Positions 46,342 through 54,329 of a DNA stretch of 64,000 bases are shown in pieces; the first letter of the stretch is position 1, and every line of letters starts with the position of its first letter. The DNA is taken from NCBI GenBank assembly GCA_963665845.2, contig OY762492.1:2848001-2912000 (forward strand), read 5' to 3'. A program made the position numbers and the translations under genes. This DNA is from Candidatus Poribacteria bacterium. Lineage in GTDB: Bacteria; Poribacteria; WGA-4E; GCA-2687025. The notes beneath the pieces are model-generated. The model made no database searches. It was not told the DNA's origin and saw only the letters and a list, made by a program, of their open reading frames with translations.

Positions 46342-46370
46342 ATTATATCGACAGCGGGGCGAATCGTCAA
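46342..46370 (-). promoter_or_regulatory. sigma70 promoter for paralog 4
   Basis: TTGACG-17 bp-TATAAT. Confidence 0.65.
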
Positions 46371-46395
46371 GAGCGATCTGCTGATCTTGCGTCTT

Positions 46396-46790
46396 TAGTT
46401 GGGACATGCCGGCTGACGTTCTACCGCAAGGGCGGACGGCTTCGGCGCCTCTAGATTCCCGCTTGCGCGGGAATGGCGATTAGCCCAATGACAGCGGGCA
46501 GGCGCGGGTTACTATACTCCCCCTTGAAACGGGGGGGTTTTTAAAGGCGCGGCGGATGCGATGCCTTAAGATTCCCGCTTGCGCGGGAATGGCGATTAGC
46601 CCAATGACAGCGGGCAGGCGCGGGTTACTATACTCCCCCCTTGAAAAGGGGGCCGGGGGGTTTTTTAAAGGCGCGGCGGATGCGATGCCTTAAGATTCCC
46701 GCTTGCGCGGGAATGACGGTATGAAGGGGGCGGGAATGACGGTATTATGAGGAGGCGGGAATGACGGTATGAGGGGGGTGGGAATGACAG
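46396..46790. repeat. Composite repeat array: two ~120-bp units, three dRS3-like hairpins, GGGAATGAC tandem tail
   Basis: Hairpins at 46455, 46571 and 46695; CCCCCTTGAAA(A)GGGGG in each unit; GGGAATGAC x4 at 46709-46788. Confidence 0.88.
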
Positions 46791-46810
46791 ACAAAGAGGG
46801 CGAATTATCT

Positions 46811-47350
46811 TTAACGCTTGCCGCCCAGGCGCATCTGTATCGCCGCCTTGACGGCGTTTTTTGCCTCGTCCCGCCGACCGAGCGCCGACAGCGCCAGCCC
46901 CAGACGCCCATACAGTTCGGCGGAGGGTTTTTCTGCCAACGCGCTCTGGTACGCCTTCGCCGCCTCTTCGTACTGCTCCAACGGCATGAGCGCATCCCCT
47001 AGGCTCTGCGCCGCATCCGGACCCGTATGCCCGTTTTCGATAGCGGTTCGGAACGAGTCGGCCGCCGACTCGTAATCGTTCATCATAAAACGCGCGAGGC
47101 CGAGGTAGTAATGCGAATCGCCGCGTTCGGGGTCTGTCTTAACCGCCTTGTTGAAAAGCAGCAGCGCTTGGTTGAACTTCTTGTCGCGCAGGGCGAAGAG
47201 TCCGTCGCGCAGATCGCGGGAGATGCGCTGATGCCGCTCTAGGTGCCGGCGTCCGCGCTGGGCGAGGCGGCGCGACCGTTCGGTCCCGCTTTCAGAGACG
47301 AGCGCAGGCTGGTCTTTTGTTTTGCTGTCGTCGGATGAGTCGTCGTTCAT
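46811..47350 (-). CDS. Tetratricopeptide repeat protein
   Basis: A...F.KA...DP.....YYLG, LG......QYEEA..AY..AL TPR consensus. Confidence 0.85.
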   Translation of the reverse strand: MNDDSSDDSKTKDQPALVSESGTERSRRLAQRGRRHLERHQRISRDLRDGLFALRDKKFNQALLLFNKAVKTDPERGDSHYYLGLARFMMNDYESAADSFRTAIENGHTGPDAAQSLGDALMPLEQYEEAAKAYQSALAEKPSAELYGRLGLALSALGRRDEAKNAVKAAIQMRLGGKR

Positions 47351-47363
47351 GCGTTTTCTCTTT

Positions 47364-47834
47364 CTATTCTTCTGGCAGAACTTTCATGAGCGTCGCCATC
47401 TCCATCGCGGCGAGCGCGGCGTCAAATCCGCGGTTGCCCGCTTTCGTTCCCGCCCGCTCTATTGCCTGCTCAATTGTGTCGACGGTCAAAATGGCGTAGA
47501 TGACCGGCAGATCCGCCTCTAAGCTGGCGCGGGCGACCCCCTTTGCCGACTCGCCCGCCACATAATCAAAATGAGGCGTCGCGCCGCGGATCACGCAGCC
47601 GAGGCAGATGACAGCGTCGTACCTGCCCGACCGCGCCAGACGCGACGCCGCCAGCGGAATTTCAAACGCGCCCGGAACCCAGCAGATGTCGATGCTGTCC
47701 GCGTCGACTCCATGCCGCGTCAAGCCGTCCACCGCGGCGGCGACCAGCTTGGAGGTGATGAACTCATTAAAACGCGACGCGGCGACCGCGATGCGCAGCC
47801 CCTCGCCCGTCAGCCGTCCCTCAAAAACCGCCAT
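47364..47834 (-). CDS. ribH: 6,7-dimethyl-8-ribityllumazine synthase
   Basis: [41 protein letters not shown]; start corrected to 47834. Confidence 0.97.
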   Translation of the reverse strand: MAVFEGRLTGEGLRIAVAASRFNEFITSKLVAAAVDGLTRHGVDADSIDICWVPGAFEIPLAASRLARSGRYDAVICLGCVIRGATPHFDYVAGESAKGVARASLEADLPVIYAILTVDTIEQAIERAGTKAGNRGFDAALAAMEMATLMKVLPEE

Positions 47835-49080
47835 GCTCATTCTCCCCGCTCTCGTCCTCGTCCGAATAGGATAGATCGTCCATGAGAAGATGCCCCAACT
47901 TCGTGCGTTTCGTCTGAAGATAACGCAGATTTTCCTTATGCGGCGGAACCTGTATCGGCTTCCGCTCCACCACCTCCAGCCCATGCCCTTCGATGCCGGC
48001 GATCTTGCGCGGGTTGTTTGTCATGAGCCGTATCTTGCGAATGCCGAGATCGTACAGTATCTGCGCCCCGATGCCGTAGTCGCGCAGATCCGCCTGAAAT
48101 CCAAGTTTTTCGTTTGCTTCTACCGTGTCGTAGCCGGTGTCTTGGAGCTGATACGCCTTCATTTTATTGACAAGTCCGATGCCGCGCCCCTCTTGGCGCA
48201 TGTAAAGTATCGCGCCCTTGCCTTCTTCTTGGATGACGCGCATTGCTTCGTCCAGCTGGTTGCCGCAGTCGCAGCGCAGCGAGCCGAACGTGTCGCCCGT
48301 GAGGCATTCGGAATGGACGCGGACAAGCGTCGGCTCTCCGCCGCTGACATCCCCGATTGTCAAGGCGAGATGCTCGCGCCGGTCGATGACGCTGCTGTAT
48401 GCATGGAGCAGAAATTCGCCGCGCTTCGTCGGCAGGCGCGCCGAGGCGGCTTTGGAGATTAACTTTTCGGTGCGCCGCCGGTACGCAATCAGATCGGCGA
48501 TGGTGATGATCTTGAGTCCATGGTTTTGGGCGAAGGTCATCAGCTGCGGCGCGCGCGCCATCGACCCGTCCTCGTTCATGATTTCGCACACGACGCCGGC
48601 GGGAAACAGCCCCGCCAGCCGCGCCAGGTCGACCGCCGCCTCCGTATGCCCGGCGCGCCTGAGAACGCCCCCCTCCCGCGCCTGAAGCGGAAACACATGC
48701 CCTGGACGTTGAAAGTCGCCCGCCTCGGCGTCCGGATCCGCCGCCCGGCGAATCGTCAACGCCCGTTCCGCCGCGGAGATGCCGGTCGTCAACCCCTCTT
48801 TGGCGTCAATGGAGACGCCGTATGCGGTTCCGAACGAATCCTGCTCCGAGACGGTCATCGGCGGAATGTCCAGCTCCTGAAACCGCCGCTTCGTCATTGG
48901 CAGGCAGATCAGCCCTCTTCCGTAGGTCGCCATGAAGTTGACCGCTTCGGGGGTCGCCTTCTCGGCCGCCATGGTCAGATCGCCTTCGTTTTCGCGGTCG
49001 CTGTCGTCGGTGACGATCACCATTTCGCCCCGGCGAATCGCCTCGACCGCTTCTTCGATACGCGCAAATTGAATGTTCAT
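47821..49080 (-). CDS. ribBA: Bifunctional DHBP synthase / GTP cyclohydrolase II
   Basis: [52 protein letters not shown]. Confidence 0.97.
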   Translation of the reverse strand: MNIQFARIEEAVEAIRRGEMVIVTDDSDRENEGDLTMAAEKATPEAVNFMATYGRGLICLPMTKRRFQELDIPPMTVSEQDSFGTAYGVSIDAKEGLTTGISAAERALTIRRAADPDAEAGDFQRPGHVFPLQAREGGVLRRAGHTEAAVDLARLAGLFPAGVVCEIMNEDGSMARAPQLMTFAQNHGLKIITIADLIAYRRRTEKLISKAASARLPTKRGEFLLHAYSSVIDRREHLALTIGDVSGGEPTLVRVHSECLTGDTFGSLRCDCGNQLDEAMRVIQEEGKGAILYMRQEGRGIGLVNKMKAYQLQDTGYDTVEANEKLGFQADLRDYGIGAQILYDLGIRKIRLMTNNPRKIAGIEGHGLEVVERKPIQVPPHKENLRYLQTKRTKLGHLLMDDLSYSDEDESGENEHGGF

Positions 49081-49718
49081 CGCATATACCCCTGCGCCTT
49101 CAACAGCTCCGCGCCGACGCCCCCGCCCGGTCTGTAGGTCAAGGCGCGCTCCGCGTATTTTGCCAATATATCGAACTCCAGGTTGACGCGGCTGCCGGCG
49201 GAGCGGCGCGCGAATGTCGTCATCTCCAGCGTATGCGGAACAAGCGCAACCTGAAAACCGTCCGGCAAAAGCGACGCGACCGTCAGGCTCACGCCGTCCA
49301 CCGCGACCGAACCTTTTTCAACAAGATAACGCATGCCGTCTGACGAAACGCGCACATCCAGCAGCATTCCGGCGCCTTCTGGAGAGAGCCGCGCGGCGAT
49401 TCCCGTCTCGTCCACATGCCCCTGCACAAAATGCCCGCCGAGGCGCCCGTCCGCTTTCAACGCCCGCTCCAGATGTACGAGCGCGCCTGGGCGCAGATCG
49501 CCGAGGGCGGTTCGGCGCATCGTTTCAAGGGAAACGTCCGCCTCCCAGACGCCGGCGCTTGGAACCGCCGCCGCGGTGAGGCAGACCCCGTTCAGCGCGA
49601 CGCTTTCACCCAGACGCAGCGGTTCGTCCGCTTCCATTTCGACGGCGAGGCGCATACCGCCGCCGGCGCGTTCGATCCGTTGGACGCTTCCGAGCGTTTC
49701 AATGATGCCGGTGAACAT
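49077..49718 (-). CDS. ribE: Riboflavin synthase (alpha chain)
   Basis: MFTGII N-terminus at 49718, [34 protein letters not shown]. Confidence 0.96.
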   Translation of the reverse strand: MFTGIIETLGSVQRIERAGGGMRLAVEMEADEPLRLGESVALNGVCLTAAAVPSAGVWEADVSLETMRRTALGDLRPGALVHLERALKADGRLGGHFVQGHVDETGIAARLSPEGAGMLLDVRVSSDGMRYLVEKGSVAVDGVSLTVASLLPDGFQVALVPHTLEMTTFARRSAGSRVNLEFDILAKYAERALTYRPGGGVGAELLKAQGYMR

Positions 49719-49764
49719 ACCGCTCTCCCATGCGGTAGGATAAGTTAAGACGGGGTAGGATGCG

Positions 49765-50742
49765 TTAGTCGGGCGGCTCCCCGCCTTCTTGAAAGACGCC
49801 GATCTGTCTAAATCGGCGCCGGCGCTGCTCAATCAGCTGGTCGGGCGTCAAGGCGGACAGCTCCTGCAGCCGCGCCTTGACAGCGTTTTGAACGCGCCGG
49901 TAGGTTTCCTGCGGGTCGCGGTGCGCTCCGCCCGGCGGTTCTGGGATGATCTCATCGATCACCTTCCATTTTTTAAGGTCTTTGGCGGTCAGTTTCAATC
50001 CGTCGGCGGCTTCCGGGGCGTGTTCGCCGGAGTCTTTCCATAAAATGCCGCTGCATGCCTCCGGCGGCGCGACGCAGTAGACGGCGTGTTCCAGCATCAG
50101 CGCCGCGTTTCCCATCGCCACGCCGAGAGCGCCGCCGCTGCCGCCTTCGCCGACAACGACCGCGATGAACGGCGTCGGCAGCCGCGACATTTCAAACAGG
50201 TTTTCCGCAATCGCGTTCGCCTGCCCGCGCTTTTCAGCATACGCGCACGGATGCGCCGCCGGCGTGTCGACAAAGCTGAGTATCGGGCGGTTGAATTTCG
50301 CCGCGAAGCGCATGAGGCGGCGCGCCTTGCGGTAACCCTGCGGATGCATCATGCCAAAACTGGTGCGGATATTCTCTTTGGTGTTGCGCCCTTTTTGCTG
50401 GGCGAAGTAGACAACCGGCGTTCCGTCGAACCATCCGACGCCTGTTAAGAGCGCCGGGTCGTCCCCGTCGATTCGGTCGGCGCTGATCGGAACAGGGTCT
50501 TCAATGAGAGCCTGTACATAGTCGGAGCCTCTTGGGCGCTCGGATCGGCGCGCCAGCCACACTTTTTGCCAGGGGGTCAGCTGTTCGTAATAGCCGTCCC
50601 GCTCCCGTTCATACGCTTCAAAAAGCCGCTGGGCGTCTTTTTGGAGGTTGATCGGCGCGTCCTCAATGGCGGCGCGCAGTTCGTTCAGCCGCTCCTCGAC
50701 AGCGAACATGCTCTCTTCAAAATGAATGTCGTTCGATTTCAT
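49765..50742 (-). CDS. accA: Acetyl-CoA carboxylase carboxyltransferase alpha subunit
   Basis: LTPWQ.V..AR...RP, FGM..P.GYRKA, DTP.A, GEGGSGGAL, PE.CS.ILW, EP.GGAH. Confidence 0.95.
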   Translation of the reverse strand: MKSNDIHFEESMFAVEERLNELRAAIEDAPINLQKDAQRLFEAYERERDGYYEQLTPWQKVWLARRSERPRGSDYVQALIEDPVPISADRIDGDDPALLTGVGWFDGTPVVYFAQQKGRNTKENIRTSFGMMHPQGYRKARRLMRFAAKFNRPILSFVDTPAAHPCAYAEKRGQANAIAENLFEMSRLPTPFIAVVVGEGGSGGALGVAMGNAALMLEHAVYCVAPPEACSGILWKDSGEHAPEAADGLKLTAKDLKKWKVIDEIIPEPPGGAHRDPQETYRRVQNAVKARLQELSALTPDQLIEQRRRRFRQIGVFQEGGEPPD

Positions 50743-50839
50743 GAGGCTCTCCGCCCGCCGTTTCCTTAATAGTATAACGCGCTTTCCGAATGCGCAACAT
50801 TTCCGCCCTTGCGGTTAAAGCGCGCGGAAATTTTAGGCT

Positions 50840-51303
50840 CCGCGTCCGATTCCCCCCTTGAAAAGGGAACTACACGTTTGACTATGTAAGCGGATTGCGC
50901 TACTCTAAAGGAAGATTGAAAAAGGAAATTCCAATGCGGTCTACCAATATCTACGAGATTTTTGAAAATATCCCGATGAAAAAGCGCCGCCCGATTCTTT
51001 GAAGAAAGCCGATGGCCGAAGCACATCTGCTGCCCCTGATGCGATTCCAAAAACATCGCCCGAGTGAAAAACGCCCAACCAATGCCGCTCAGATGCCGAA
51101 CATGCCGCAAGTATTTCAGCGTCCGCACAGGAACCGTCATGGAGAAAAGCAAAATTCCCCTGCATCTATGGCTTCTGGCGCTCTACTTGCTCCTGACGTT
51201 TAAAAAAAGCGTATCGAGCGTTACGATGGGAAAAATACTGGGCATAAGGCAAGACTCCGCATGGTCCCTAGGCCACCGCTTTCAAGGGGGGAATCGGACG
51301 CGG
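50840..51303. repeat. Perfect 24-bp inverted repeats bracketing the IS1595 remnant
   Basis: CCGCGTCCGATTCCCCCCTTGAAA at 50840-50863 and its reverse complement at 51280-51303. Confidence 0.85.
50865..51279 (+). pseudogene. IS1595-family transposase N-terminal remnant
   Basis: FEESRWP...CP*C...RCRTCRKYFSVRTGTVMEKSKIPL..W Zn-ribbon with in-frame TGA at 51037, upstream frameshift, no DDE domain. Confidence 0.85.
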
Positions 51304-51359
51304 CGTTCTTTTCCGACGATGGCGCGGCAAATCTTTATCGCGCGTTGATTTCAACCGCG

Positions 51360-51662
51360 CTATCCTTCATCGCCGTTCTCCTCCAAAACGACATCCATCT
51401 GATGGGTCAGTTTGTCGAGACGGCTTTGCATGCCGCGCTCGGTCATCAGGGCGTTGAACGCTATGGCGACGGCGGCTTGGACGGCGATGCGCTCATTGGA
51501 TCGTCCAGGTCCGCTCAATCGGTTTGTTTGGTCTTGCACCTCGCGCATTGCCTGCTCTAGAGCTTTCAGCTGTGTTTTGGGCGCCCTCGCTCTGTATTGT
51601 CCGCCCAGAATTTCCACCATGACCGTTCCGGTGGATTCCACCATGTCGTCCATAATTTCCAT
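51360..51662 (-). CDS. zapA: Cell division protein ZapA-like
   Basis: V.VEILG.QY, L......V, RIAV.AA..IA, coiled-coil tail; start at 51662. Confidence 0.6.
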   Translation of the reverse strand: MEIMDDMVESTGTVMVEILGGQYRARAPKTQLKALEQAMREVQDQTNRLSGPGRSNERIAVQAAVAIAFNALMTERGMQSRLDKLTHQMDVVLEENGDEG

Positions 51663-52253
51663 GATCGCTCTTTCTTTTTTAGAATGCCGATGATGCGCAA
51701 CCGACCGCCGCTTCATTCTATAAGGAGAGCGCGCTTTTCTCAAGGGCAGGGACGTCCATTTTTGCTAATATCTTGTTCGCCAGCTCCCGAAAATCTTTGC
51801 CGGCGTCCTGAGCCGCAGCGTTATGCCATCTTACTTGACCGCTCGGATCGTCGCGAACACAAACGAGCTGTCAACTTTGAACTCAATATCAGGATGCCCC
51901 GCTGCTTGCAGCGAACGCCTTGCGGCAGGAATGCCGTATCCGGACCGCTGGGCGAAACCGAGCGCCTTCATTGTTTCCGCTAGATTCGGGTTGCGGTACG
52001 ATATATTGCCAGGCTTGCCGAAATTGTCGACCGTAACTTCGCCAAAGACTCCTCCAGGGCTGCTGATCTCAATCCGGTCGTTGTACCAGTAAACGCGGAC
52101 TGGCGCGTTGTTGCCTTCATAGGAGCGATGCATGATCGCGTTCCACACAATCTGAATCACAGCCCCATCGGATATGTATAGGTTCGAATCTCTCTCGGTC
52201 CCGATAGAATGTCAATAGAGACGCGGTTGTGGCAGTCTCTACAGGCGATGATT

Positions 52254-52661
52254 TCAAATCCATCGCTTTTTCAGAGCCACAAGCGCAATGGAGGCTTTTA
52301 ACGCCCAGAGCCGCTTTGTGTAGCCTTTGGTCTTCCGACGAAGGCGGTATAAACAGTCCCGCAAAACCGAATGTTTTGTTTCATTACGGTTCACCTCCGC
52401 GCCCTTGCCAGCCACATGCGGAAGAGGCGAAAGATAGCCGTAAACGGGATACTTGTCAGAGTAGTAACACCGTGCCGGAGGCAGACGAAACAGAAGCTTC
52501 AGAAACGTCTCTAAATCTCGATCTCCAACCTGAAAATCGAAGCTGAAAGAGCCATCATCCTGCTCTATGACAGCCGTCCAAATCCAACGAATCTTCCGAC
52601 TCGGACCCCTGCAGGCAGTCTGGTACGTGCACATCTCATCGAACGAAATCGCCCTGACCAT
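52254..52661 (-). CDS. insB: IS1 InsB DDE transposase domain
   Basis: DEM.T, WIWTA, G.R, YSD...VY, NRNE..HS.LR....L.RKTK.Y.K. Confidence 0.9.
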   Translation of the reverse strand: MVRAISFDEMCTYQTACRGPSRKIRWIWTAVIEQDDGSFSFDFQVGDRDLETFLKLLFRLPPARCYYSDKYPVYGYLSPLPHVAGKGAEVNRNETKHSVLRDCLYRLRRKTKGYTKRLWALKASIALVALKKRWI

Positions 52662-52689
52662 GCGCGATGAACGCGCTTTCCTCCGTCTT

Positions 52690-52983
52690 TCAAGCGCCCT
52701 CTTTGCCCAGAGAAGTTTTTTTGATCCAGGAATAGATCGTCCCGGTTTTCACATTCAAAATTCGACCGATGGCGGAAACGCTGATGCCTTCGGCATACAT
52801 CAAAACCGCTTGTTGGCGCGTCTTTTCTGGATAGAAATGACGCTCGGCTGACGGCGTGTGCCGGTGATTGCACTGCCGACAAATAAAGGTTTGCTTTCCA
52901 CGGTCTTTGCCGTTCTTGACCATCCAGTCCGAGTTGCAATGGGGACACCGAATATTGTGGTCGACAATCCGCTTGACTGGCAT
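52690..52983 (-). CDS. insA: IS1 InsA (Zn finger + HTH)
   Basis: CPHC.S...KNG....Q...C..C, MY.EG.S..AI.R.L.V...T...W. Confidence 0.9.
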   Translation of the reverse strand: MPVKRIVDHNIRCPHCNSDWMVKNGKDRGKQTFICRQCNHRHTPSAERHFYPEKTRQQAVLMYAEGISVSAIGRILNVKTGTIYSWIKKTSLGKEGA

Positions 52984-53474
52984 ATGCGACGACTCCTGTT
53001 GGACTCACGAATTCGGATAAATTATAGCGCATCATCGCCTGTAGAGACTGCCGCGGTTGTGGGAGTTCAACTTATCTTTTATGCGCCGCAGCGTTTCAGA
53101 AACCGTCCCGTCGATTTCCATTGCATCCACAATTTCATCGGGTATATTGAAACCGTCGATTCTTAAAAATTGGATGTAAGCGCACGGCAGGAAATATCGT
53201 GTACGCTTACCCAGCACAAGCAATCCCAAAAGCGTGGGCGTTGGGTCGTCAACGGAAGCGATCATCTTCGCCGCCGCTAGCTGCTCAGTCAAGCTTCGGT
53301 CGTCCGCCTCCAGTATTTCAGGCGCACACGCTTTAGGCAGATACTCATGCGCGAATCGAACCATGTCTAGATCGGACTGCTTAGCCATATAAATCGGGCG
53401 CAGATCGTACGGATTATACGGCTCCCGTTGTTCAGTCGTCTCGCTCATCGTCAGCATCCTCCCCCCCACAACGT

Positions 53475-54329
53475 CTACAAAGCCGCCAACAAAGCCCGCC
53501 GCATCGTCTCCACCGGCGCTTTCAGCCCCGTCCACCGCTCCAGCGCGATCGCCCCTTGGTGCGTTAGCATGCCGAGTCCGTTCAGGGTCTTGCATCCGTT
53601 TTGCGCCGCCGTTTTCAGCAGCCCTGTCTGCGGCGGCGAATAGACGATGTCGTACACCGCCAGCGGCGGACGGAGCGCGTCGGCGTCGATCGGAAGCCCA
53701 GCCGAGCCGTCCATTCCCGCGGATGTCGCGTTCACCAGAAGAGCGGTACCGTCCAGAGCCGACGCGATGCCCGCTTCCGTCAGCGGTTCCGCCCGCGCCG
53801 ACACTCCGATCGCCGCGTCTGCCTCCGCCGCAAGCGCCTCCGCCTTCTCGAAGGTGCGGTTCACGATCACAATCTCCCGCGCCTCCGCCTTCGCCAGCGC
53901 CGCCGCAACCGCGCGCGCCGCGCCGCCCGCGCCAATCACCGCCGCTTTTTTGCCGGCGGGAGGCGCGATGCCGCTCTCATCCATCGCCCGCAAAAAACCT
54001 TCCGCGTCCGTGTTGTAGCCGATGGAGCGCCCATCCTCGTGAAATAGAACCGTGTTGACCGCGCCGATAAACGCCGCCTCGCCGCTCACCTCGTCCAGCA
54101 GCGGCAGCAGGCTCTCCTTGTGCGGTATCGTCGCGTTGAAGCCGCGCGCCCCGACCGCTTGAAGACCGCGCACCGCCTCCGGCAAGCGGTCGGGAGCGAC
54201 CGGAAACGGCGCGTAAACCCAGTCCAGCCCCAGCTCCGCAATCGCCGCGTTATGCATCGCCGGCGACAGCGTATGCGACACAGGGTATCCGATCACCCCG
54301 ACAAGCCGCGTCTTTCCGGTGATTCTCAT
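53475..54329 (-). CDS. aroE: Shikimate dehydrogenase
   Basis: G.PV.H.LSP.MHN, NATIPHK, GAVNT, NTD..G, GAGGAA, NATS.G, D.VY.P..T, GL.ML..Q. Confidence 0.96.
   Translation of the reverse strand: MRITGKTRLVGVIGYPVSHTLSPAMHNAAIAELGLDWVYAPFPVAPDRLPEAVRGLQAVGARGFNATIPHKESLLPLLDEVSGEAAFIGAVNTVLFHEDGRSIGYNTDAEGFLRAMDESGIAPPAGKKAAVIGAGGAARAVAAALAKAEAREIVIVNRTFEKAEALAAEADAAIGVSARAEPLTEAGIASALDGTALLVNATSAGMDGSAGLPIDADALRPPLAVYDIVYSPPQTGLLKTAAQNGCKTLNGLGMLTHQGAIALERWTGLKAPVETMRRALLAAL

Larger units (their letters stand above)
52231..53052 (-). mobile_element. IS1-family insertion sequence (822 bp)
   Basis: Perfect 22-bp TIR GGCAGTCTCTACAGGCGATGAT; 8-bp TSD GCGGTTGT at 52223-52230 and 53053-53060. Confidence 0.95.
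51831..53448 (-). pseudogene. ATP-binding protein (RecG C-terminal/HATPase_c_4 type), split by IS1 and frameshifted
   Basis: PT..GLL.LG....F.P.AYIQF (5' part) and NAIMHRSY...DRIEISSPGG...YRNP.LA...G.AQR.G.GI (3' part); rejoined frame hits TGA after YPMGL, needing one extra base. Confidence 0.8.

Noticed and set aside
46396-46790. CRISPR array (also 7921-8015, 34018-34089, 37790-37880)
   Set aside because: Spacers are duplicated or too short, the palindrome is dispersed singly through the window, and there are no cas genes; REP/mosaic repeats fit better
49719-50800. FMN riboswitch upstream of the rib genes
   Set aside because: Only 46 bp separate accA and ribE, and no RFN consensus is recognisable
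51037-51039. In-frame TGA as selenocysteine or recoding in the IS1595 Zn ribbon
   Set aside because: It falls at the variable position of CPxC and the ORF is also frameshifted and truncated, so it is simple pseudogenisation
51300-51360. 6S RNA downstream of zapA
   Set aside because: The region runs directly into the inverted repeat and IS1595 remnant; no long 6S-like hairpin is visible
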